Positions 57,047-64,000 of a stretch of DNA of 64,000 nt are shown here, piece after piece; the stretch's first letter is position 1; every line of letters starts with the position of its first letter. Both the position numbers and the translations under genes were made by a program. This DNA comes from a virus (taxonomy: Duplodnaviria; Caudoviricetes): IMG/VR virus record IMGVR_UViG_3300042988_001200. One strand, given 5' to 3'. The notes under the pieces are model-generated. The model searched no databases. It saw only the letters and a program-made list of their open reading frames with translations, and was not told the DNA's origin.

Positions 57047-58200
57047 ACTAGATAAAAAGAGGGACTAATTAAACCAGTTGGGTGTCCGTTGAAATTAATA
57101 GAAGGATTAATAACTAACCATATAGATTCTAGAGTATTAATATCTACTTCTGTATTTTCTTCATGGGATACAAGTTTAAGAGATAAATTATGGTTATTAA
57201 GTTTAAGTGTGGATAGAAGTTTAATTAGAAAAGAACTATTTATATCTATATTCTTCCATTGTCCTGTTAGAGATAGAAGTTGTATAGCTGCTGGTTCAGT
57301 GGAATATTTCCCTTTAATATTTAATTCTCCATTAGATAAAGATAGAGATAGAACATCAATAGGAGATAACCCAGTAGATTGCCAATCGCATGCAGCTAGT
57401 AATTGTTGATATGATATCTGTATCTCTCCTAGTGGTTGTAGGTCCATTAAGTAATTATTAATTTTATATTCACTACTTAGACTAGGAACAGACCTGAATA
57501 TAAAGTTAATTCTCTCTGTTACTATTTGAAATATATCAGGATACTGAGATTTATATAAAGAAAAGTGTTCACTATTCTTTATAAAATCAGCTATATACCT
57601 CTTGATAATAACCTCTGTAGAGTTAGAAGGATTGTCATCTAAGTTCTGTGTATATCTAATCATAGAGTTTCCTAATGGGTCTCTACACATAAATCTAATA
57701 GTAGAAGACTCTATATTTATATTAATAAGAGCCTCTTTATTAGAGAAAGAGACAATGTTATTAAATAGAAAGGGGGTCTCTACATTATCTATAATAATAG
57801 GTTCCCAATCTATCTCCTTAGATAAAGGGCTATCTTCAAAGGGAACTCTCTCTTTAGAATATTGATAAGTAGGCTTTTGGATAGTACCTAATGACAATAA
57901 ATCAAAGGTAATAGTATCCTTATTCCCAATAATATATAGCTCTACATCATTAGGTAATCTCTTTACTAGTTCGGATATATAGTTAGATTGAACTAATATA
58001 TGCCCCTCTTCTATACAGCTTCCAGTTAGTTTAAGGATTACATTATGACTATTAGAGTTAACTACTTGTGCAAATATCCCATCCTTTGTACTCTTAATAG
58101 CTATACACAACTCTTCAATACAACTATTCATATCATTAACTAAAGGTAATAGCTTAGCTAAATAGTTCTTTAGTTGAGTAGATGTTGTTTGAATCTTCAT
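57043..58200 (-). CDS. dnaN: DNA polymerase III beta sliding clamp
   Basis: 385 aa; EEGHILVQSNYISELVKRLP and IDINSSFLIKLLSTL match DnaN patterns, and dnaX lies nearby. Confidence 0.75.
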   Translation of the reverse strand: MKIQTTSTQLKNYLAKLLPLVNDMNSCIEELCIAIKSTKDGIFAQVVNSNSHNVILKLTGSCIEEGHILVQSNYISELVKRLPNDVELYIIGNKDTITFDLLSLGTIQKPTYQYSKERVPFEDSPLSKEIDWEPIIIDNVETPFLFNNIVSFSNKEALININIESSTIRFMCRDPLGNSMIRYTQNLDDNPSNSTEVIIKRYIADFIKNSEHFSLYKSQYPDIFQIVTERINFIFRSVPSLSSEYKINNYLMDLQPLGEIQISYQQLLAACDWQSTGLSPIDVLSLSLSNGELNIKGKYSTEPAAIQLLSLTGQWKNIDINSSFLIKLLSTLKLNNHNLSLKLVSHEENTEVDINTLESIWLVINPSINFNGHPTGLISPSFYLV

Positions 58201-58210
58201 ACTTTACCTC

Positions 58211-58666
58211 TTATAAATACTCTTTTAACTCTTCACTTAATACCGATTCATCTTGCTGAGATTGCTCATATTTAATTAAAGAGAAGTTCTGTATTATAGA
58301 TGAACAGTCTAGAATAATAGATAAATGTTTATTAAACTCTTCTATTACTTGTTTACATTTCTTATTTATTTTTTCTATATCTATATAATTAAAATGGGAA
58401 ATAGCTACTATCTTTATTCTTTCATCTTCTAAATTGAGAGATAGAGTAGCATTACTAGGTCTTAATGTTAATAAAGATATAAGTAATGGGGTGGGAATAT
58501 TATACTTAAGGTCTATTAATGGTAGTTCAAAGTATGAGTTTTCTTCATTTATATGTATAGATATTACATATTGGTTATCTAATAACTTAATAACTTGTTG
58601 GTTATTAGAGGATTCTATAGAGAATTTATAGTTATTAAGAGAGGAAATAATAGATTGTAAATCCAT
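58211..58666 (-). CDS. Hypothetical protein, possible YbjN/CesT chaperone-like fold
   Basis: The alpha-beta3-alpha-beta2-alpha residue pattern is suggestive only. Confidence 0.35.
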   Translation of the reverse strand: MDLQSIISSLNNYKFSIESSNNQQVIKLLDNQYVISIHINEENSYFELPLIDLKYNIPTPLLISLLTLRPSNATLSLNLEDERIKIVAISHFNYIDIEKINKKCKQVIEEFNKHLSIILDCSSIIQNFSLIKYEQSQQDESVLSEELKEYL

Positions 58667-58674
58667 ATTTATAT

Positions 58675-59601
58675 TTAGTGAATCCAGGATAAACCTATAT
58701 TAACAGAGGCTTTAGAAGGGAAATCCTCATTAATTAAAGGAGAAAGTAGATAGGATTGAGCTTCCTCCATTAAGGATTTAATAAGATTAGCTTTATTCTT
58801 TACTTCCTCTGGTATAACAATCTTTAATGTATCTTCTTTTTCCCCTTCTATAACATTCATATTAGGTGGGGGTCCTGGAACTAATAGATTAATCTCATCA
58901 TGTACACATATAGAAGCTGGAAAGATAATATCTTGTAATCTAGGGTCTTCTTCTATATATTTAAGTCCTAACTTAATCATAATATTGCCAGTACCCTGGA
59001 TAATAGCATTAGGGCCCTTTCTACCTATAGCATTAGCATTAGAAGCTCCCTTAGCATTATCCTCTCCTACAAATATTAATCTATTACCTACAGTTCTTAT
59101 CCTATTAGTAATCTTAGAGGACTCTGAATGATAGTCTAACCACTTCTTTAATCCAGGGAACTTCTTAAAGTAATTATTAAGAACGACCTCCGCCTCTTCT
59201 ATAGACATTCCAAAGTCTGATGCAAATCCCTCTGCTCCTTTTCCATATATAGTAGAGAAGTTAATTATCTTACCTAACTGTCTATAGTTAATACCATCTA
59301 AACCTCCCTTAGCCATCTTAGCTACATTCCAGGGTTCTATACTCTCTAAAGCCTTATTTAATCCAATGGCAGCAACTAAATGTAAATCAGTATAAGGATT
59401 CTCATAACTCATACCAGTATCATCTATTAAATAAGGTCTCTCCCTTTCTTCTTTAAATACATCTAGGAGAGCTGAGCATTTATACTCATTAAATACAATA
59501 GCTGATACAATCCTTAACTCTTGACCAGAGAAGTCAGCAGATACCCAATAGTAACCCTCTGGAGCTATAAAAGCGTTTCTTAGATTAACTTTATATTTCA
59601 T
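58675..59601 (-). CDS. polA: Family A DNA polymerase, C-terminal part (palm and fingers)
   Basis: Motif A SADFSGQELR, DLH, motif B RQLGKIINFSTIYG and motif C VHDE. Confidence 0.9.
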   Translation of the reverse strand: MKYKVNLRNAFIAPEGYYWVSADFSGQELRIVSAIVFNEYKCSALLDVFKEERERPYLIDDTGMSYENPYTDLHLVAAIGLNKALESIEPWNVAKMAKGGLDGINYRQLGKIINFSTIYGKGAEGFASDFGMSIEEAEVVLNNYFKKFPGLKKWLDYHSESSKITNRIRTVGNRLIFVGEDNAKGASNANAIGRKGPNAIIQGTGNIMIKLGLKYIEEDPRLQDIIFPASICVHDEINLLVPGPPPNMNVIEGEKEDTLKIVIPEEVKNKANLIKSLMEEAQSYLLSPLINEDFPSKASVNIGLSWIH

Positions 59602-59774
59602 ATCTTTAAATAAAGGGGTTATCTGATAAATAAGGTAAATCAGCTACATTATCTACTATAGAGCTTATTACCATATTTGTAATCTTAGATTTTAATATAT
59701 ATAACCCCCTTTTATTTGGCATTAAAAATAACTCTACCTTACAATTTTTATCCTCATGTATCTTATATTTCATA
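59591..59774. repeat. 12-bp direct repeat TTATATTTCATA at 59591-59602 and 59763-59774
   Basis: Identical copies (reverse complement TATGAAATATAA) span the start codons of the mini-ORF and of polA-C. Confidence 0.8.
59606..59773 (-). CDS. Unannotated 55-aa ORF between the two polA halves
   Basis: MKYKIHEDKNCKVELFLMPNKRGLYILKSKITNMVISSIVDNVADLPYLSDNPFI*; starts 3 nt after the polA-N stop and ends 4 nt before the polA-C ATG. Confidence 0.6.
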   Translation of the reverse strand: MKYKIHEDKNCKVELFLMPNKRGLYILKSKITNMVISSIVDNVADLPYLSDNPFI

Positions 59775-59776
59775 AT

Positions 59777-61189
59777 CTATCTAGTTTTATTTATAAGTTC
59801 TAATGGGATATTAACAATAACAGATTGTCTACCTGATACGGCTAATAGATTAGTTTTATCTTGATTAGATGCTTCATCTTGAGAGGATGTCATTCTACCG
59901 GTACTAGCACCTACTGAGTTAATAGGATAGTGTACAGCCTCTGTATTATCATCTATAGCTGATAGATATTTAGAAGCTTCTCTTCTTAGAACCTCTTTAT
60001 TCTTATAGTTAATATATTCTTTAACTAGAAATATAAGTTTGTTTAGTTCTTCCTTACTTTCTAATTCTTTATATCTATTAGAGTTATCTAGATCTATATC
60101 TATTTCACTAGGTTCTTCCTCTGTATCTATAGATTTCTCTATTTGTTCTAAGTCCTTAAGTAGAGTTTCAATAGAGTTCTTCTGAGCATTGGTTAGTTTT
60201 AAACCTGTTTGCTTTAATTGAATATTAAATAAATCTACTAGTTTCTTACTATTATTAAGAACTGTAGATATCTCATTAGGTATAACTATTTGTCTTACTA
60301 ACTTATCTTCTATAAGATTAAGGGAGTATTGAATAGGTAATTTAAGAATCTTACATAGACTAAGAATAGACTTATTAATAGAACTTTCACATTCTTTAAC
60401 AATCCCTTTAAGAATATGAGTGTTCATATAACACCCATTATATTCAGATAGAGATAAGATAGGAACCATCTTTTGGTCTAATAAGAACACTTCATGCTGA
60501 TTAAGTTCTATAGATAAATCCTCAAATAGTCTATACCCTTCTATAACAATAGAGTAAAGGGGTTTATTCTTATAAGGGTTCCAACTACCTTTAGGGGCTC
60601 CTACATCTATAGCTGAGTATATAAGCTGTTCTTTAGTTAGATTAGTCTCTTCCCAATTACTAGTTTGCAGAGATTTATCTAGGACTAGACCATATCCTCT
60701 AGAGTTATTAAAATAGTCCTTAGCTAGAGTATATAGACTAAATCCCTTAGCTCTAGCTGCTTTCCACCCGGTAGATACAGCATGAGAACACATAGCTGTT
60801 TTAGAGTCCTTTATATTTCTAAATTTAATATTGAAATTAGATAGTAACATCTTATATTCAAAGGAAGCACTATGAGCTATTAGAGTTATATCCTGTAGAT
60901 GTTTATTATAAAGAGTCTCAATAAAGAATAGGCTATTAGATAGACCTATAGATTTAATATCAATAACCCAGGGTATAGCATTCTCCTCTATGTTTATTTG
61001 TAATAGGGCTATAAGAGAGTTATGAGGATTTAGTCCTTTATTCTTCCCTGGTTTATTAGGATTACCATAAGTTTCTGTGTCTATACAGGCATATCCTTTG
61101 TAGGAATTAATAAATGAATCTAGTTCTTTTAATTCATCTATATCCTTAATCAAATAGAAATCTATAATATCCGACTCAATTAACTTCAT
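59777..61189 (-). CDS. polA: Family A DNA polymerase, N-terminal part (3'-5' exonuclease, thumb and TGR motif)
   Basis: ExoI IDTET, ExoII-like HSASFE, ExoIII YSAID; ends shortly after ASTGRMTSS...NL. Confidence 0.9.
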   Translation of the reverse strand: MKLIESDIIDFYLIKDIDELKELDSFINSYKGYACIDTETYGNPNKPGKNKGLNPHNSLIALLQINIEENAIPWVIDIKSIGLSNSLFFIETLYNKHLQDITLIAHSASFEYKMLLSNFNIKFRNIKDSKTAMCSHAVSTGWKAARAKGFSLYTLAKDYFNNSRGYGLVLDKSLQTSNWEETNLTKEQLIYSAIDVGAPKGSWNPYKNKPLYSIVIEGYRLFEDLSIELNQHEVFLLDQKMVPILSLSEYNGCYMNTHILKGIVKECESSINKSILSLCKILKLPIQYSLNLIEDKLVRQIVIPNEISTVLNNSKKLVDLFNIQLKQTGLKLTNAQKNSIETLLKDLEQIEKSIDTEEEPSEIDIDLDNSNRYKELESKEELNKLIFLVKEYINYKNKEVLRREASKYLSAIDDNTEAVHYPINSVGASTGRMTSSQDEASNQDKTNLLAVSGRQSVIVNIPLELINKTR

Positions 61190-61227
61190 ATTTATTAATA
61201 ATACTAAAGGTAGTAGTAATAAAACTT

Positions 61228-61695
61228 ATGGAAAATGAAATAAGAGGTATAGGATTAAACTCTGCTGGGTTTATGGAATTATTATGTGGAGCCTGTGATA
61301 TTAGATTAATCATAGATATGAAGTGCTGTGAGATTAGATTAATAGTTGGGACTATATGTAGAACAGTTATTGTTTGGTCTGGAGAGGAGGCTGTTAGAGA
61401 TATAAATAAACTAACAGTAATATTAAAACAAGCCTTTGCTTTAGGGTGTGTTACTTTAAGTATTATACCTTGTAGTTCTAGTGTTTGTAGAAATGCTTCT
61501 ATGGTTCAAGGGGCTGTATCAACTATTGACCCTTTACTTCAAAGTATTAAGACTCAGATATATACTTCTCTTCTTACTCAACTTAATTCTTTATCTAATT
61601 GTTCTTCTGATGACCCTATACCTCCCCCAATCGATCCATCTAACCCTGTTACCATTAATCCTAATATAGGTTCATACAGGTCTTCCTGTTGTTAA
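61228..61695 (+). CDS. Cys-rich hypothetical protein
   Basis: 155 aa with many Cys including a terminal CC; divergent from polA-N. Confidence 0.6.
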   Translation: MENEIRGIGLNSAGFMELLCGACDIRLIIDMKCCEIRLIVGTICRTVIVWSGEEAVRDINKLTVILKQAFALGCVTLSIIPCSSSVCRNASMVQGAVSTIDPLLQSIKTQIYTSLLTQLNSLSNCSSDDPIPPPIDPSNPVTINPNIGSYRSSCC

Positions 61696-61740
61696 TAAAT
61701 AAAAAAGAGATAGACTAGTAACCTATCTCTTTTTTATTTA
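61696..61740. terminator. Bidirectional rho-independent terminator
   Basis: Perfect 18-bp inverted repeat TAAATAAAAAAGAGATAG/CTATCTCTTTTTTATTTA with a 9-nt loop, filling the gap between convergent stops. Confidence 0.9.
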
Positions 61741-62052
61741 TTATACTGTTTTTACTACTTCTTTATCCTCTACAACGAATAGCTGTTCTTTAATAAATTT
61801 AATAGCTTCTTTAACTTGCTCCCTTTCTTGTTCTGTTAGTCTAATAGTGGGAATATACCTTTCATTAATAATATCTAATTTGGTAGATAATGATTCTTTA
61901 TCCTCTTTAATCTCTAAAGGACTAAAGTATTCATATAAACTATTTAAGAAAGTAACAACACCCTCATGTGTTGGTCTATTAGCCATAAGTTCTTTAAGAA
62001 CTGTATTTACAAATTCAATATTGGTCTTAATAGTCTCTAATGGTAAACTCAT
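61741..62052 (-). CDS. Hypothetical protein
   Basis: 103-aa helical ORF ending at the terminator. Confidence 0.65.
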   Translation of the reverse strand: MSLPLETIKTNIEFVNTVLKELMANRPTHEGVVTFLNSLYEYFSPLEIKEDKESLSTKLDIINERYIPTIRLTEQEREQVKEAIKFIKEQLFVVEDKEVVKTV

Positions 62053-62171
62053 ATATTTATATTTCTTATTAACTATTGTTTTATTATAATATATTTATTT
62101 ATATTAATAGATATAAATTACCTATTGATATAAATAAGAAATTATATTATAAATAGTAATAAGAAAAACTA

Positions 62172-62408
62172 ATGAGACCAGACTTAGAGATAGATGTAGA
62201 GATTATAGCTAATAATCCTTATAAAGAACCTTTATTAGTTAGTAATGAACATGGATTAAGAGTTTTATTACAACCTGGAGATTCTATAAGATTCCCTTTT
62301 AGATTTAATCCTAAAGAGTATCAAATAACCTCTGTTCTTTGTAAAACAAAGGCAGGTGGAGTATTTATTAAGTGTAAGAAATTTTATCTAGTATCTATTG
62401 ATTTTTAA
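62172..62408 (+). CDS. Hypothetical protein
   Basis: 78-aa ORF after an AT-rich divergent intergenic region. Confidence 0.55.
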   Translation: MRPDLEIDVEIIANNPYKEPLLVSNEHGLRVLLQPGDSIRFPFRFNPKEYQITSVLCKTKAGGVFIKCKKFYLVSIDF

Positions 62409-62409
62409 T

Positions 62410-62958
62410 ATGTATAGTTCTTTACCTGTTATTAATATTAATGAATCTAATACAACAGAGTCTAATAGTATTAACTTTAATATTACTAGTCCTACATCCA
62501 CTCCAGATGAATGTAATTTATTAACTATAGAGTATGGCAATTATATAAATATAGAGGAAAATAATATATGTGGTAATCCCCATTCTTCTTTAAACAGGTC
62601 AGTAGTACCCCCTTCTAGAGTTTCTATATCTAATGGTAAGAGTTCTAGAAATACTTATGATATACCTCCTTGCAAGGTTAAGGAAATAGACATTTCTTGT
62701 TTAGGTATAGAGGAATTACTTATGTTGCAAATAAAAGCTCTATGTGGCTCCTTATCCATTAGTTTTGATTGTAGTACATGGATTTCTGGTAAAACATTTT
62801 TTATGGATTTAATACCTCCTTTAATTATTAATGGTTGTGAAGGAGACACAAGTAGTCAAGTAGAAAGTAGACCTAAAAAAGTTTATATGAGAAATAACTC
62901 TGTTGATTGTATTAAGGGTAAACCTGTTAAAGTAGAGTTTATAGCTGTAGGTCAATAG
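62410..62958 (+). CDS. Cys-containing hypothetical protein
   Basis: ATG at 62410, 1 nt after the upstream stop, preferred over the tracked start at 62398. Confidence 0.6.
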   Translation: MYSSLPVININESNTTESNSINFNITSPTSTPDECNLLTIEYGNYINIEENNICGNPHSSLNRSVVPPSRVSISNGKSSRNTYDIPPCKVKEIDISCLGIEELLMLQIKALCGSLSISFDCSTWISGKTFFMDLIPPLIINGCEGDTSSQVESRPKKVYMRNNSVDCIKGKPVKVEFIAVGQ

Positions 62959-62959
62959 T

Positions 62960-63430
62960 ATGGATAATTGCCCCTTTGAATATAAATTAAATTGTAGAAA
63001 TAAAGATATTAAATGTAATAAATGTATAGCTAAGGACTCCTCTAATAAAGACCTTTATTATCTACCTATAGGCTCTCACTTAAAGGAACATATTCTTAGT
63101 GAACAAATAAAGGAAAAAAAGAAAAAAGATAAAGCTATAGGTAGAAACTATTATAGAAAGGGTAGAAGTAATGAGATTAAGATTGCTAAAGAAATGGGTG
63201 AGTTTAATCCAACATCTAAGAGTAATGATGGTTATATAGATAGTAAGAAAGGGAAGCTGTATTTAGAGATAAAGACTAGGCTAAATAGTAAAAGAGTCTG
63301 GCCTAGTAAAGAGGAGTGGGATAAGTTTAAGACTAAGGGACTAGATATCTTTGTAGTAGATACAGGAAAGGATATTAGAGTTATACTTAGTAAAGAACTG
63401 TTCTTATCTTTATTGGATTTAGATGTATGA
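62960..63430 (+). CDS. PD-(D/E)xK nuclease, Hjc-like resolvase, with an N-terminal Cys cluster
   Basis: RKGRSNE...NDG...LEIKTR (E...D...ExK) and N-terminal C..C..CNKC. Confidence 0.6.
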   Translation: MDNCPFEYKLNCRNKDIKCNKCIAKDSSNKDLYYLPIGSHLKEHILSEQIKEKKKKDKAIGRNYYRKGRSNEIKIAKEMGEFNPTSKSNDGYIDSKKGKLYLEIKTRLNSKRVWPSKEEWDKFKTKGLDIFVVDTGKDIRVILSKELFLSLLDLDV

Positions 63431-64000
63431 CTATTGAAATAGAAAAGTTAGAGCAACTAGATAATCTCTTAAGTAAAAGTTGTAAAGGCTTATATAAAGG
63501 ATTTACAAAGTCTAAAGAGGATATTGACTTAACTGTAGTTAAGACAGGTATATTCAGTATTGATTTAAATATAGGAGGATGGCCATTAGGTAGGATAGTA
63601 GAGATTAGAGGGGCTACTTCTAGTGGTAAGACTAGTTTATCTCTATCTCTTATAGCTAAGTTACAACAGAGGCACTATAACTCTTTATGGATTGATGCTG
63701 AATCTGTATATACAGATAAGTATGCTAGAGCTTGTGGTGTAGATACTGAGAGATTAGGAGTTTTAAAACCTAATAATATGGAAGAGTGTCTAGAGGCTCT
63801 TAGGATTGTTACTAAGAGTGGGGCTGTTCATTTTATATGGGTAGATTCTCTAGCTGCTTTAATTCCATCAGAGCAGGAGGATAAAGATATAACTGGGGGG
63901 CAACTAGGTAGAAGAGCCGCATTAATGAGTAAGATTCTTCCAGAGTTATCTAGGAACTGTGGGGCTAGTGAATGCTCTATTATTTGGTTAAACCAGGAAA
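63427..64000 (+). CDS. recA: RecA recombinase (3'-truncated; not in the ORF track)
   Basis: The ATG overlaps the upstream TGA. Translates to KTGIFSIDLNIGGWPLGRIVEIRGATSSGKTS...WIDAE...GVD..L...P...E...VDSLAAL.P..E...A.LMS.IL...WLNQ. Confidence 0.95.
   Translation, partial: MTIEIEKLEQLDNLLSKSCKGLYKGFTKSKEDIDLTVVKTGIFSIDLNIGGWPLGRIVEIRGATSSGKTSLSLSLIAKLQQRHYNSLWIDAESVYTDKYARACGVDTERLGVLKPNNMEECLEALRIVTKSGAVHFIWVDSLAALIPSEQEDKDITGGQLGRRAALMSKILPELSRNCGASECSIIWLNQE

Noticed and set aside
59602-59776. Group I intron or intein interrupting polA
   Set aside because: The gap is only 175 nt. Partial R/S-like words (TCAGATA, AAGATAT) lie too close together and lack the P7 GACUA/UAGUC pairing. There is no intein N-terminal Cys/Ser block or C-terminal HN, and both halves have their own stop or start.
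62053-62171. TATAAATA as a genome-wide T4-type late promoter
   Set aside because: It occurs here and in other gaps, but on both strands, and it is expected by chance many times at this AT content. It cannot be supported without an enrichment test or TSS data.
57089-62849. ORFs at 57089, 57602, 58434, 61481, 61847 and 62655 (also 26308 and 49139)
   Set aside because: They are antisense or alternate-frame overlaps of supported genes with no independent evidence.
1-64000. Stop-codon reassignment (TAG-rich sequence)
   Set aside because: Long genes with intact motifs translate cleanly in the standard code, coding density is high, and several genes end in TAG at sensible positions.
1-64000. tRNA, rRNA or CRISPR arrays
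   Set aside because: Intergenic gaps are short and AT-rich; no cloverleaf, rRNA-like or regularly spaced repeat pattern was recognised by eye. A tRNAscan-SE or Infernal run would be needed to exclude them formally.

Overview
A 64 kb, very AT-rich segment of a large tailed dsDNA bacteriophage, most likely a contractile-tailed (myovirus-like) phage. A cyanobacterial host is plausible but is inference only. Bases 1-45217 are mostly + strand virion genes: a baseplate wedge-like gene (5'-truncated), a phage K/Twort-like baseplate protein, a DUF4815 tail protein with a paralogue, three fibre-like proteins, terminase large subunit and a 4390-aa glycine-rich giant protein carrying a two-motif phospholipase D (PLD) module. 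An IucD/SidA-like flavin oxidoreductase, a degenerate LAGLIDADG gene and several small antisense ORFs are interspersed. Bases 45207-61189 are a - strand replication/recombination module: RecB/Cas4-like nuclease, RuvC-like resolvase, DnaG primase, PIF1 helicase, putative SSB, HolA-like and DnaX clamp-loader subunits, family-4 UDG-like protein, dUTPase, DnaN clamp and a family A polymerase split into two genes by an unannotated 55-codon ORF. Embedded in this module is a compositionally distinct cassette of a sensorless degenerate histidine kinase, a response regulator and a membrane protein. The window ends in small Cys-rich ORFs, an Hjc-like nuclease and a 3'-truncated recA. No rRNA, tRNA or CRISPR array was recognised. 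All product calls come from motif recognition by eye; no database searches were run.
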